Assembly (NCBI GenBank): GCA_900554545.1
Contig: USHW01000007.1
Span: 6,861-70,860 of the forward strand
Direction of reading: 5' to 3'
Length of the DNA stretch: 64,000 nt
Source: an uncultured Prevotella sp.
GTDB taxonomy: Bacteria > Bacteroidota > Bacteroidia > Bacteroidales > Bacteroidaceae
Shown piece by piece: positions 38,142 through 50,859 of this stretch. Positions within the stretch are counted from its first letter, which is position 1. Each line of letters begins with the position of its first letter. The notes beneath the pieces were generated by a model. The model saw only the letters and a list, made by a program, of their open reading frames with translations. It ran no database searches and was not told the origin of the DNA. Made by a program: the position numbers and the translations under genes.

Positions 38142-39635
38142 TTAATAACCTGGATTTTGTGTCAAAAGCGGGTTCGCGTCAATCTCCGTCTGCGGTATCG
38201 GGAAGAGCAGGCGGTCTTTGGTTACGTTGCCCTTGCCTATGCTTCGCAGGAAGTTTATGGCGTAGTCGCCGTGCTCAAGGCGTATCATGTCAAACCAACG
38301 GTGCCCCTCGAAGGCCAGCTCCATGCGGCGTTCGTGGATTATCTTCTCACGCATCTCTTCCTGTGTAAGCCCCGATACGGCTGCAAGTCCTGCCCTGCTG
38401 CGCACGATGTTGAACGGAGCGGCGGCCTCGTCGGTAAGTCCCTGCTCGTTAAGGGCTTCCGCTTCCATCAGCAATACGTCGGCATAACGGTAGATAACGA
38501 AGTTGGCCGGAGAGGTGTTGTACTCTGGAGATACGCTCTTGGGAACAAGGAACTTGCGGACGTTATAGCCCGTGTTAGACCACGAACTCTTGTAATCCAT
38601 TCCGTCGAAAGGCGGACATCCCTCGTACAAAACTGTCAAGTCCTTGCGCAGGTCGCCGTCTTCATACTGTTCGACGAACTCCTGTGTGGGGAGATTCCAG
38701 CCGTAACTGCCGGCCACCATGTCGGAGTTGCGCGGTCCCATGAACGTAGACAGCCACGACATCTGTGGGTTGTTGCCCCAAAAGTCGTTCTCGGTGTCGC
38801 CGCTGTACTGCACCTCGAAAAGTGACTCCGCACCATTGTTGATGGTCGCGTCGAAGTTATCCTCATACTTGCAGTTGGCCAAGTCGTAGCCCATAGCAGT
38901 GATGTCCTTGCACAATTGCTCGGCCTTTGCATAATAGTCCTTGTTGTCCGGAGCGAGCGTAAGGTATATGTCGGCCATCATCGCCATAGCGGCTTCGCGG
39001 CAGGCACGGCCCTTGTCGTCGTCAGAATAATCGGCTTTGGCCGGCAAACGGTCAATTCCCTCCTGACAATCCTTGATGATTTGAGCATAGACTTCTTCTT
39101 TCGTGGCACGCGCTATGGCCGTATTGTCGCCCGGGTTGAAAGGTTCGAGGCGCAAAGGCACGCCGCCGAAGAGGCGCACAAGTATGTAATAGTAATGCGC
39201 ACGGAGGAAATACGCCTCGCCAAGGCTTTGGCTGCGCACATCATCAGACACTCCGGAAGCATTCAGGAGGTTCTGTATCGTGGTGTTGCACTGGCCTATG
39301 CCCACCCACGGAGAGCGCCAAAGATACAGCGCCATGGCGTTGTCGCTCTGCGTGATGAAGTTCGACGCCTGCACGGTTTCTATTCCGTCAGTGCCTCCTC
39401 CGGCACCAACCTCGCTGTTTCCGGCCACAATGTCGAGCGTCCATATACGCTGGTTATACATGTTTGAAGACTGCAATGTGCGGTAACAGCCAAGCGTCAG
39501 CGCCTTGGCTATGTCGTCGGTCATGGCCGTTTCAGGGTCAAGCGTATTGTGGGGAGACAAATCCAGGAAATCGGAACACGACGAAACAGCCACCGCCGTG
39601 AAGCCTGCCAATATGATGTTTCTTATTGTTTTCAT
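38142..39635 (-). CDS. SusD/RagB lipoprotein
   Basis: SSC-SDFLD, GEAYFLRAHYY, RYADVLLM, ERRMELAFEGHRWFD, QNPGY. Confidence 0.94.
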   Translation of the reverse strand: MKTIRNIILAGFTAVAVSSCSDFLDLSPHNTLDPETAMTDDIAKALTLGCYRTLQSSNMYNQRIWTLDIVAGNSEVGAGGGTDGIETVQASNFITQSDNAMALYLWRSPWVGIGQCNTTIQNLLNASGVSDDVRSQSLGEAYFLRAHYYYILVRLFGGVPLRLEPFNPGDNTAIARATKEEVYAQIIKDCQEGIDRLPAKADYSDDDKGRACREAAMAMMADIYLTLAPDNKDYYAKAEQLCKDITAMGYDLANCKYEDNFDATINNGAESLFEVQYSGDTENDFWGNNPQMSWLSTFMGPRNSDMVAGSYGWNLPTQEFVEQYEDGDLRKDLTVLYEGCPPFDGMDYKSSWSNTGYNVRKFLVPKSVSPEYNTSPANFVIYRYADVLLMEAEALNEQGLTDEAAAPFNIVRSRAGLAAVSGLTQEEMREKIIHERRMELAFEGHRWFDMIRLEHGDYAINFLRSIGKGNVTKDRLLFPIPQTEIDANPLLTQNPGY

Positions 39636-39649
39636 TGTCATTGATGGTT

Positions 39650-42600
39650 TTAGAAGTTAAAGTTCAGGCCGAAACTGTATGTCCTTGAAATAGGATAACG
39701 TGACAGGTCGATGCCGTTGATGTCCACTTCGGGGTCGAAACCGGAGTACGAAGTGATTGTTGCCACGTTCTCGCAGGAGAACGACAGGCGCATGGCTTCT
39801 ATCCCGAGCTTTGCCAACCACTTATCGGGGAAGTTGTATGCAAGCGTTATGTTCTTCAGTCGTAGGTACGAACCGTCTTCCACAAAGCGGTCAGACACAC
39901 GGTTGTTGTTGTTCGGGTCGCCATAGACTGCACGCGGCATGGAGTTGCTTGTGCCCTCGCCCGTCCAGCGGTTGAGCACGTCCGTCGTCTGGTTATATGC
40001 CGCAGACATGCCCGTATTGTCAATGTTGTTGGCGTTGAAAATCTTGTTTCCGGCCACGCCCTGCAAGTAAACGGACAGCTCGAAGCCCTTGTATGAAAGC
40101 GAGTTGTTCATCGAAAAGAGCCATGTAGGATTGGGATTGCCTATCACGGTGCGGTCTTCGTCGTTTATAACGCCGTCGTTGTTCAGGTCGCGGAAGCGTA
40201 TGTCGCCCGGCTCCGCGCCAGTCTGTATGGCGTGGTTATTGATTTCCTGCTGGTTCTGGAATATCCCGTCAGTCACATATCCGTAGAAAACGTTGATGGG
40301 ATAGCCGTCCGCAAGCATGGTTACATACGAATTGTTGACCTGGTTTATATAGTAAGGCACGTCGCTGTTGAGGTCTTTTATCTTGTTGCGGTTGTACGTC
40401 GCCGTGACGGTTGTCTCCCAGCGGAGCGGCTTTTCAAAATTAACGGTGCGCAGGCTAAACTCGAACCCCTTGTTGCTTACACGTCCGGCGTTGGTGTATG
40501 TGGTTGAAGTGTCCTCGAAGCCGGAGGTTATCGGGATTGAGGCTTTCACGAGCATGTCGCGCGTTTCCTTGATATACGCATCGAGAGAGAGGACTATGCG
40601 CGAACGAAGGAACGACGCGTCAATGCCGAAGTTGGTCTGCGCCACCTCCTCCCAGTGGATGTACGGGTTGGCAAGAGTCGACGCATAAAGCACCGTCTGG
40701 TTGTTTCCTGCTGTGCCAAGCGGGTATCTGCCAGTGTTGTACTGCGCCAGATAGCCGTAGCTGCCGACGCTGGCCTGGCTACCGGTTACGCCGTAGCCGG
40801 CGCGTATCTTGAGGTCGTCGATGAAGTCGGTCTTAGGGAACCACTTTTCCTCCGATATTCTCCATGCGAGCGAAACGGAGGGGAACGTACCCCAACGGTG
40901 CTTCGGGCCGAACTTGCTTGAGCCGTCATGGCGCACCGTAGCGGTAAGAAGGTAGCGGTCCTTGTACGAATAATTGAGGCGCGCCATGTACGAGAGAAGC
41001 GCCCACTCGGTCATGTTGCCGAGTATTGAGTACATCTTTTCGCCGTTGTCAAACTCGTGTACGTTGTCAAACTGGAATACGTTTTTCTGCGCATTGTAGT
41101 AATCATAGTCGTTCCACTGCGCCGACATGCCGGCCATGAGGCTTATGTCGTGGTCGCCGGCGATGGTGTAATCGAAGAGGAAATAGTTGTCCCACAGGTA
41201 GGTGAACGACTTGTTGGTGCTCTTGTAGCGCGAACTTTCCTCAACGGGAGTCGGTTTCCAGTCGTATTTCGGCGTGTAGTTGTCGTCGAACCAGAACTTG
41301 GCGTCATAGCCGAAGGTGCTGCGGAACTTGAGCCACTTGGCAAACGTTATCTCGCCTGTTATGTTGGCGAGGAAGTTGTAGCCGTTGGTCTTGTTGCTGT
41401 TCACCTCGGTCGTACCTATGGGGTTGCGTATGCTTCCGTACCACTCGGCGTTGCCCTCGGGGCCGCTCCACGTTCCGTCGGCGTTCTTCATCGGCTGGAC
41501 GGGCAGCGCCTTCATTGCGTCGCCTATGCTGTAAGTGCCCTGTTTCTTCTCGTCGGCGCTGAACGTGATGTTGTTCGAGAACTTGAGCCACTTCGTAACC
41601 TGGGCGTCGGTGTTGGCCTGGAAGGTGAAGCGGCGGTAGTTCACGCTGCGGACGATGCCCGACTGGTCGAGGAAGCCGCCCGAAATGTAGTAGTGCGACT
41701 TGTCGTTTCCGCCCGAATAGCTTACCGTATAGTTCTGCATCACGCCGGTGCGCAGCAGCTCGTCCATCCAGTCTGTTCCCTTTCCGAGGGCTGACGGGTC
41801 GGCAAACTCGGGGTTGGGCGTGCGTCCGCTGTTTATCATCATCTCGTTGCTCAGGGCGGCATACTGCGACGCATTGAGCAGGTCGGGCACGTTGGCGGCG
41901 TTCTGTATCGAAACGTTGGCCGACACGGAGAGTTTGCTCTTGCCGTCGGCACCGCGCTTTGTGGTAATCATCACCACGCCGTTGGCGCCGCGCGAACCGT
42001 ATATTGCCGTTGCCGAAGCGTCCTTGAGCACGTCCAAGCGGTCAACGTCGGCCATGTTGATGGCGTTCAGGCCGAGGTCGGTAGGCACTCCGTCGATAAC
42101 CACGAGAGGGTCGCAGTTGTTGATGGAGCCGAGTCCGCGTATCTTGATGTTCACATTGTCGCCCGGCTTTCCGGCGTCTACAATCTGCACGCCGGAGATT
42201 TTTCCCTGTATGGCCGAGCCTATATTGTTCACCGAGTTGTTGTTGATGTCCTTGCTTCCGAGCGAGGCCACCGAGCCGGTAAGGTCTTTCTTCTTCATCG
42301 TGCCGTAACCTACGACAACGAGTTCTTCAAGCATCTCGTCGTCTTCCTTCATCACGATGTCCACCTGTTGGCGTCCGCCAACAGCCACTTCCTGCATGGC
42401 GAAGCCTATGTAGCTCACCACGAGCGTGCCGTCGGACGGCGCGTTGACGGTGTAGCGGCCGTCCATGTCGGTGATGGTGGCCGCTGCGTCGGCACCGCCT
42501 TTCACTTTCACGGTAGCCCCGATGACGGTCTCGCCGTTCTGGTCGGTCACCGTGCCGCTCACTTTCAGCTGCTGCGCCAGTGCCTGCAACGGGAAAAACA

Positions 42601-42661
42601 TTCCCGCGAGGACGGCAAGCAGCGTCAGTGCAAATGTTCTGCTAAATCCTTTCATGTGCAT
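39650..42661 (-). CDS. SusC-like TonB-dependent transporter
   Basis: VVVGYGT, LKDASATAIYGSRGANGV, C-terminal GLNFNF. Confidence 0.95.
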   Translation of the reverse strand: MHMKGFSRTFALTLLAVLAGMFFPLQALAQQLKVSGTVTDQNGETVIGATVKVKGGADAAATITDMDGRYTVNAPSDGTLVVSYIGFAMQEVAVGGRQQVDIVMKEDDEMLEELVVVGYGTMKKKDLTGSVASLGSKDINNNSVNNIGSAIQGKISGVQIVDAGKPGDNVNIKIRGLGSINNCDPLVVIDGVPTDLGLNAINMADVDRLDVLKDASATAIYGSRGANGVVMITTKRGADGKSKLSVSANVSIQNAANVPDLLNASQYAALSNEMMINSGRTPNPEFADPSALGKGTDWMDELLRTGVMQNYTVSYSGGNDKSHYYISGGFLDQSGIVRSVNYRRFTFQANTDAQVTKWLKFSNNITFSADEKKQGTYSIGDAMKALPVQPMKNADGTWSGPEGNAEWYGSIRNPIGTTEVNSNKTNGYNFLANITGEITFAKWLKFRSTFGYDAKFWFDDNYTPKYDWKPTPVEESSRYKSTNKSFTYLWDNYFLFDYTIAGDHDISLMAGMSAQWNDYDYYNAQKNVFQFDNVHEFDNGEKMYSILGNMTEWALLSYMARLNYSYKDRYLLTATVRHDGSSKFGPKHRWGTFPSVSLAWRISEEKWFPKTDFIDDLKIRAGYGVTGSQASVGSYGYLAQYNTGRYPLGTAGNNQTVLYASTLANPYIHWEEVAQTNFGIDASFLRSRIVLSLDAYIKETRDMLVKASIPITSGFEDTSTTYTNAGRVSNKGFEFSLRTVNFEKPLRWETTVTATYNRNKIKDLNSDVPYYINQVNNSYVTMLADGYPINVFYGYVTDGIFQNQQEINNHAIQTGAEPGDIRFRDLNNDGVINDEDRTVIGNPNPTWLFSMNNSLSYKGFELSVYLQGVAGNKIFNANNIDNTGMSAAYNQTTDVLNRWTGEGTSNSMPRAVYGDPNNNNRVSDRFVEDGSYLRLKNITLAYNFPDKWLAKLGIEAMRLSFSCENVATITSYSGFDPEVDINGIDLSRYPISRTYSFGLNFNF

Positions 42662-42775
42662 TTTTTGTTTTAAGGTTGGTAATTTATGGTATTGTTTTCA
42701 AGGTATTCCGACTTGTCAGGGAGACGCGGAAGCACGGGCCTGTCCGCGTTTTTCCGCCTGCGCTTTTCGTCTCCT

Positions 42776-42912
42776 CGTAACCCGTTGATTGTCAGAGGGT
42801 TTGCAAAAGGCCGTCTTTCAGGCTGCAAAACGTGGTCTTTTACACGCTAAAAGATGGCCTTTTGCAGGCTAAAAGATGGCCTTTTGCAGGCTAAAAGGTG
42901 GCCTTTCGCAAA
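42776..42912 (+). repeat. Family A element 6 (five units, inside the PUL)
   Basis: TAACCCGTTGATTGTCAG, then units at 42803, 42825, 42847, 42869, 42891; units 3 and 4 are identical. Confidence 0.88.
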
Positions 42913-43008
42913 GTGTCCGGCCGGTTTTGGACTGTCGGATAGGCCGAATCGGCCTGATAAGCCGTATGCGCCGCCGGCAAGACAACAGAGCTTTTCACCC
43001 CAGACTTT

Positions 43009-45394
<2,386 letters not shown>

Positions 45395-45478
45395 GGTGCA
45401 TTAACACCCTACCCGACACGTTTTACAATAAAAAATACACAACTGAACGCCACAAACAAGCCCTTTACCGACCTTCCG

Positions 45479-47119
45479 TCAGTCGCCGTCCTCACACCGG
45501 CCAATCATCATCACGTCGTCGTCGAACTTGTCGCGGTCACCGGCCGCGGCGTTACGCAGCTTCACCCTGTAATTATAAATGGTAGTGACCGAATAGCGCA
45601 GGAAGCTCGCAATCTTCGTACTGCTGCTGATACCGAGGCGCACCAAGGCGAAGATGCGCAGCTCGGTGTTGAGCTTCTCGCCCGGCTTCAGCCGTATCCG
45701 CTGCTCTGGCACAAGCAGGCTGTTGAAGTCGTCGACGAAGTTCGGAAACAGCTTTAGGAATGAATCGTCGAAGTGGGCGTAAAAATCCTTCAGCTCGTTG
45801 TCGATGAACGACTTTGAACGTATTTCGTCGAAAAGCTCCTTCGCGCCGCCTTTCTGCGCCACCTTCTGCAGGTGTTTGCGGTATTTGTCCATCTTGTCGA
45901 TGTACAGCGAGCACTGGTCTATGTAGTGGGCAATGTACTCCTCCTTGATGTGCGAACTCTCGCTAAGCTCCCGGTTAAGCTCTTTCAGCCTTACATTGGC
46001 CTCCTGCGCAAGCCTGCGCGCAGCCGAAACCTTGTCCTTCTGCTTCTTTATCACCACGACGGCGACGGCGAGGAAGAGCGTAAGCAGTATGATGAAAGCA
46101 AACGAGCACAGGATAATCTTACGCTGCCGGGCAAGCTTCTGATGGTACGCCTTGTTGATTATGGGAAACGACTTCTGCACTTCGTAGATGCGCCAGAGCG
46201 AATTGCAGGCCACGGCATCGTCCATGCAACGTGTCATATAGGCGTAAGCGCGGTCAACATCGCCGTCGTTATAAAGCTGCGTTGCAAGCATCCGGAGCGA
46301 CGTGTACTCGCGTATTCCCGACTTGATGTCGTTGATTGCCGATAGGATAAGGTGCCGCTTGAAGTTCTCCATGTCGCCCATGCCAAGGTATGACATGGCC
46401 AGCGTATAGTCAATCAGGGCGTTGTCATGTATGTTGTCGCACTTTGAAGAAGCCTCCTTCAGGGCCTTTACGGCCTCGTCATACAGTCCGTGGACATTGT
46501 CCTTGTCGGCCTTTACTATTATATAATTGAACGACCCCGGAGTGTTTACAAGCAAAATGGAATCGCGGTACTTGTCAGTCCGGTCCAGATAAAGTTTCCT
46601 CATGTCGGCGTTGCTGCTGTTGTCGGCCATGAGTCCGTATATGTTGCGGTAGACATGGTAATAATACTCCATCTGATAAACGTCAAGCACGCTCTTGTCT
46701 ACCCTGTCGATATAGTCCAAAGCCTCCTTGTACATTCCGTACACGCCGTTCATCTCGGCTATGTTCATACGCGCGTCGTTGATGTACGAGCCGTTGCCTA
46801 TGCGCCTGGCCACAGCCATCTTCTCGTTGGCATAGTAAAGTGCGGAGTCGATGTCGAACGACCTGTACTCCTCGCGCAGGCGGCCTGTCAGCCTGTATCG
46901 CTCCTCGTCGTCGGCAGCAGACGCCAGGCTTGCCTTCAGTTTGGATATCACTGCACGGCGCGCGTCCACATACCGGCGGCTGTTGCGCAACACGTTGTCG
47001 AGCGTATCAAGCAGGGCGGCTGTGTCATCGGCGGCCGACGACACAGGCATGGCGGCAAAAAGAAGAAGCACGGACACCAGCCACCGCAACGCACGGGGCA
47101 CTTTCGAAATGCATTCCAT
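45479..47119 (-). CDS. SusR-like (DUF6377) membrane-spanning regulator
   Basis: Signal peptide, TPR-like region, TM helix, IKEEYI, ELRIFALVRLGI, TIYNYR. Confidence 0.9.
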   Translation of the reverse strand: MECISKVPRALRWLVSVLLLFAAMPVSSAADDTAALLDTLDNVLRNSRRYVDARRAVISKLKASLASAADDEERYRLTGRLREEYRSFDIDSALYYANEKMAVARRIGNGSYINDARMNIAEMNGVYGMYKEALDYIDRVDKSVLDVYQMEYYYHVYRNIYGLMADNSSNADMRKLYLDRTDKYRDSILLVNTPGSFNYIIVKADKDNVHGLYDEAVKALKEASSKCDNIHDNALIDYTLAMSYLGMGDMENFKRHLILSAINDIKSGIREYTSLRMLATQLYNDGDVDRAYAYMTRCMDDAVACNSLWRIYEVQKSFPIINKAYHQKLARQRKIILCSFAFIILLTLFLAVAVVVIKKQKDKVSAARRLAQEANVRLKELNRELSESSHIKEEYIAHYIDQCSLYIDKMDKYRKHLQKVAQKGGAKELFDEIRSKSFIDNELKDFYAHFDDSFLKLFPNFVDDFNSLLVPEQRIRLKPGEKLNTELRIFALVRLGISSSTKIASFLRYSVTTIYNYRVKLRNAAAGDRDKFDDDVMMIGRCEDGD

Positions 47120-47367
47120 GGACTTTCAATAATAACCAAACAAAGCAAAGGTAATAATTTTCTGCCTTACGGACAAAAAATTCAGCGACATTCCACGCAA
47201 AAAAATCACCACCTGCGCGGACGAGCCACGCCGGCGGCGCCACAGCTGCCCACCCAGCCGGACATGAACGGCGGCGGAAGGCAGGCATACGGAAACGAAA
47301 GCAGACCGCAAACATCCGTCACGGACATTGCGGCCTGCTGAAAATTGTCTCTTATTTATAATTTACT

Positions 47368-47622
47368 TTATCCCAGCTTGTTAATGTAGCAAGACAAGCT
47401 CGACTTCAGGTTGGCAGCCTTGTTCTTGTGGATGATGTTGGTCTTGGCCAGCCTGTCAAGCATCCTCTGCACGCTCGGATAGAGCTTCAAAGCCTCTTCC
47501 TTGTCAGTAATTGCGCGCAACTTACGTACAGCGTTACGCATCGTCTTTGCATAATATTTATTGTGCAATGTACGTTTCTTGTCCTGACGGATTCTCTTAA
47601 CTGATGATTTGTGATTTGCCAT
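47368..47622 (-). CDS. rpsT: 30S ribosomal protein S20
   Basis: [24 protein letters not shown]. Confidence 0.97.
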   Translation of the reverse strand: MANHKSSVKRIRQDKKRTLHNKYYAKTMRNAVRKLRAITDKEEALKLYPSVQRMLDRLAKTNIIHKNKAANLKSSLSCYINKLG

Positions 47623-47656
47623 CTTTGCTTTATTCCTTTTCCTTGTTGTTTTATTG

Positions 47657-47728
47657 TAGTCCCTAGGAGAGTCGAACTCCTCTTTAGAGAATGAAAATCT
47701 CTCGTCCTAACCGATAGACGAAGGGACC
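47657..47728 (-). tRNA. tRNA-Glu(TTC), CCA not encoded
   Basis: GGTCCCT/AGGGACT acceptor stem; AGAGA-TTTTCAT-TCTCT anticodon arm; GTTCGACTC T-loop. Confidence 0.95.
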
Positions 47729-47749
47729 GTTGTCGCTATTTTTGCGGTG

Positions 47750-47757
47750 CAAAGGTA
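47750..47757 (-). promoter_or_regulatory. -7 promoter element for tRNA-Glu-rpsT
   Basis: TACCTTTG on the minus strand about 20 nt upstream of the tRNA. Confidence 0.6.
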
Positions 47758-47855
47758 GATGTTTTATTTCAAACGGCCAAACTTTTTTCAAGAAAATTCT
47801 ACTTTATAGCTAAAAAATGAGTATTTTTGCCACTATTATACCGAATTTCATCGCA

Positions 47856-48581
47856 ATGTTGGTAAAAACCAAAGCCATAGTGCTTCATTCTTTCAGGTAC
47901 GGCGAGACGAAGGCCGTCATAGAGCTTCTTACCGCCACCCACGGCCGTATGCCGTGCATCGCCACGCTTTCAAAAAGCCCGAAAGCGAAGCTGAAGAAGC
48001 AATACTTCCAACCGCTTTTCATCATCGAGGCCGTAATCGACGTAAGGCAGAAGGCCAACCTGCAAGCGCTCAAGGAGGCGCGCGTGGCCGTTCCGTTCAC
48101 GTCGATACCCTTCAGCCCGTCAAAATTAGCTATTGCCATGTTCACGGCGGAGTTCCTGCGCTGCGCCACGCGCGGCGAGACGGCCGACGACACGCTGTTC
48201 GCCTACGTGGAGAACAGCATCCGCTGGCTTGACGGATGCGAAGGAAGCTTCGCCAACTTCCACCTTGTATTCATGATGCGGCTGGCCTTGTTCCTCGGCT
48301 TCTACCCCAACCTCGACGGCTATACGCCAGGTTGCCGCTTCGACCTGCGCGCCAGCTGCTTCCGCACTGACGTTCCGGCGCATGCCGACTGCCTGCCTCC
48401 CGACGAGTCGGAGAAGATGAAACTGCTGCTGCGCATGAGCTATCCCACGATGCACCTGTACAGGATGTCGCGCACGGAACGCGGCCGCATGGCCGACGTT
48501 ATATTAAGGTATTACCAACTGCACGTGCCCGATTTCCCTGCGCTCAAGTCGCTTCCGGTGCTCAAAGAGCTGTTCGGCTGA
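47856..48581 (+). CDS. recO: DNA repair protein RecO
   Basis: KTKAIVLHSFRYGE, FQPL, NFHLVFM, LGFYP, LKSLPVLKELF. Confidence 0.9.
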   Translation: MLVKTKAIVLHSFRYGETKAVIELLTATHGRMPCIATLSKSPKAKLKKQYFQPLFIIEAVIDVRQKANLQALKEARVAVPFTSIPFSPSKLAIAMFTAEFLRCATRGETADDTLFAYVENSIRWLDGCEGSFANFHLVFMMRLALFLGFYPNLDGYTPGCRFDLRASCFRTDVPAHADCLPPDESEKMKLLLRMSYPTMHLYRMSRTERGRMADVILRYYQLHVPDFPALKSLPVLKELFG

Positions 48582-48601
48582 CGCCGCCTCAGCACCCTTT
48601 T

Positions 48602-48715
48602 ATAACCACCTGACTATCAACGCGTTTCCAATATGCCGTCTTTTACATTGTAAAAGGCGGCATATTGCAATGCAAAAGGCCACCTTTTAGCGTGTAAAAG
48701 GTGGCCTTTCATATC
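48602..48715 (+). repeat. Family A element 7
   Basis: TAACCACCTGACTATCAA, then units at 48628, 48650, 48672, 48694. Confidence 0.87.
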
Positions 48716-48743
48716 GCGTACCGTCACGACTCGCACCGCAGGT

Positions 48744-50084
48744 TTACACTATCGGCAGGCTGATGCCGTTGATTTTCTGGTACACGTCGAGTGCATACAC
48801 GTCGGTCATGCCGCTGATATAGTCGATGACTGCCATGAGGCGCGTTTCCAAGTCGTCGGCGTTGATGTCGTACTGGCTGCTCACGCGGCTGATAAGCTGG
48901 CGCGAGTAGAAGCGCGACGGGTTCGACACCGCGTCGACCATTGCCTCCATCAGCGTCGCCATAATCTTGTAACCGCTAAGCTCTACGTCAAGCACGGGCT
49001 TGCTCTTGTAGATTTTCTCCTTCGACAGCCGGGTACACTTGCGGTACGCTTCGGCAAGGCGCGGCTCGATGTTGTCTACCAGGCAGCCCTTCATCGTACC
49101 GTTCATGATGTCCTCCTCATGGCGCATGAATGCGTCAACGCACGCCCGTTCGAGCGCGCCTATTACGCAGGCGCGCATGTAAACCACGCGTTCGTTCTCG
49201 TCGGTTATGCCCTCGTCAGCAATCCTTTGCCTTATGCTGTTTTGCGCCATTTCATCGAAGAAGTCGAGAAAAAGATGTTCGGTTTCATCGAAGGTCACTA
49301 TCTTCAGCTTGTGCGCGTCCTCGATGTCCATTATTTCGTAACAGATGTCGTCGGCGGCCTCGACCAGATACACTAAAGGATGGCGCGCGTATTCTACCGG
49401 CAGACCGTCGGCCGACTTGCGGATTATGCCCAATTCATCGGCAATCCGTTCGTAAATTCCACTCTCCGACATGAAAAAACCGAACTTTCCGTGCCCCCGT
49501 TCGGCGATGGTTGACGCGAAGGGATACTTCACTATGGACGCAAGCGTGGTATAGGTCATCACGAAGCCGCCGTCGCGCCGCCCCTTAAAGCGGTGGGCAA
49601 GCAAGCGGAAGGCGTTGGCGTTGCCCTCAAAGTGGGTTATGTCCGCCCAGAAGCCGGGGCTTATCTTGTCTTTCAACGACTTGCCGGCGCCCTCGGTGAA
49701 GAACGTCTGTATGGCCTTTTCGCCCGAATGTCCGAACGGAGGGTTGCCCATGTCGTGCGCCAGACAGGCCGTGCTCACCACCGTCCCAATCTGTGGGAAC
49801 AGCGTTCCGGACAGCTCCGGGCGCGTTTTCATCACAGCGTGAGCCACGTCGCTGCCCAACGACATCCCCACGCTGGCAACCTCAAGACTGTGAGTGAGGC
49901 GGTTGTGAACAAAGACGCTGCCCGGCAAGGGGAACACCTGGGTCTTGTTCTGCATTCTGCGGAACGGCGCGGAGAAGATTAGCCGGTCGTAATCGCGCTT
50001 GAACTCTGAGCGGTCGTCATGGCGCATCGTGTGCCGGTGCTCCTGTCCGAGCCGCTTGTCGGATATAAGTTTTTCCCAATACAT
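48744..50084 (-). CDS. dgt: dGTP triphosphohydrolase (HD domain)
   Basis: RDYDRL, KTQVF, RLTHSLEV, LAHDMGNPPFGH, EAADDICY, DYISGMTD. Confidence 0.94.
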   Translation of the reverse strand: MYWEKLISDKRLGQEHRHTMRHDDRSEFKRDYDRLIFSAPFRRMQNKTQVFPLPGSVFVHNRLTHSLEVASVGMSLGSDVAHAVMKTRPELSGTLFPQIGTVVSTACLAHDMGNPPFGHSGEKAIQTFFTEGAGKSLKDKISPGFWADITHFEGNANAFRLLAHRFKGRRDGGFVMTYTTLASIVKYPFASTIAERGHGKFGFFMSESGIYERIADELGIIRKSADGLPVEYARHPLVYLVEAADDICYEIMDIEDAHKLKIVTFDETEHLFLDFFDEMAQNSIRQRIADEGITDENERVVYMRACVIGALERACVDAFMRHEEDIMNGTMKGCLVDNIEPRLAEAYRKCTRLSKEKIYKSKPVLDVELSGYKIMATLMEAMVDAVSNPSRFYSRQLISRVSSQYDINADDLETRLMAVIDYISGMTDVYALDVYQKINGISLPIV

Positions 50085-50101
50085 AATCTTTTCAATTTGT
50101 C

Positions 50102-50270
50102 AGGAGCAAGGAGAGGAGGAGTAAAGGAACAAGCAGCAATGCCTTGCCCGCCGATATTTCAAACAACGGAGCTTATCGGCAGACAACCTGCCAGACAAAC
50201 TCACCGCGGCCGGCAACGGCCGCTTACTCCTTACTCCTTTACTTCTCCCCTCCTTACTCCTTCTCTATTT
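50102..50270. repeat. Degenerate family H element with GGAGTAA-type arms
   Basis: AGGAGCAAGGAGAGGAGGAGTAAAGG ... CCTTTACTTCTCCCCTCCTTACTCCT; CAATGCCTTG and GGCAGACAACCT cores. Confidence 0.65.
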
Positions 50271-50394
50271 ACTCCTTGTTATCGCCACAAAAGTAATCTA
50301 AAAATGGCTAAATTCTTTCTTTTTAGCGGCAAAACAGCCTTTATGTGAATATTATTCGTTACTTTTGCACCTTAATAATAATATAGCAAGCACC

Positions 50395-50832
50395 ATGGTT
50401 AAAGTGAAAATCATCAACAAGGGTCACCAGCCCTTGCCTGCATACGCCACGCCGCAAAGCGCCGGCATGGACCTTAGAGCCAACATCGACGCGCCCGTAA
50501 CGCTGCGTCCGCTTGAACGGAAGCTCATACCCACGGGGCTTTACATGGCACTGCCCGAAGGCTACGAGGCGCAGGTTCGTCCGCGCAGCGGCCTCGCACT
50601 GAAGCACGGACTGACCGTGCTCAACTCGCCGGGGACTATCGACTCCGACTACCGCGGCGAGGTAATGGTGCTCTTGGTGAACCTTTCGGGCGAAGATTTC
50701 ACCGTGAACGACGGCGAGCGCATCGCACAGATGGTTGTCGCGCGGCACGAAACCGCAGTATTCGAGGAGACCGACCGCCTTGACGACACCGAACGCGGAG
50801 CCGGCGGTTACGGACATACGGGAGTGAAATAA
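50395..50832 (+). CDS. dut: dUTP diphosphatase
   Basis: [37 protein letters not shown]. Confidence 0.96.
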   Translation: MVKVKIINKGHQPLPAYATPQSAGMDLRANIDAPVTLRPLERKLIPTGLYMALPEGYEAQVRPRSGLALKHGLTVLNSPGTIDSDYRGEVMVLLVNLSGEDFTVNDGERIAQMVVARHETAVFEETDRLDDTERGAGGYGHTGVK

Positions 50833-50859
50833 GCAACAGCCTTTTATAAAGGAACATAC

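Noticed and set aside
47657..47728. tRNA-Glu as an integration site for the adjacent PUL
   Set aside because: No integrase and no duplicated tRNA 3' end were seen; rpsT lies between the tRNA and the PUL.
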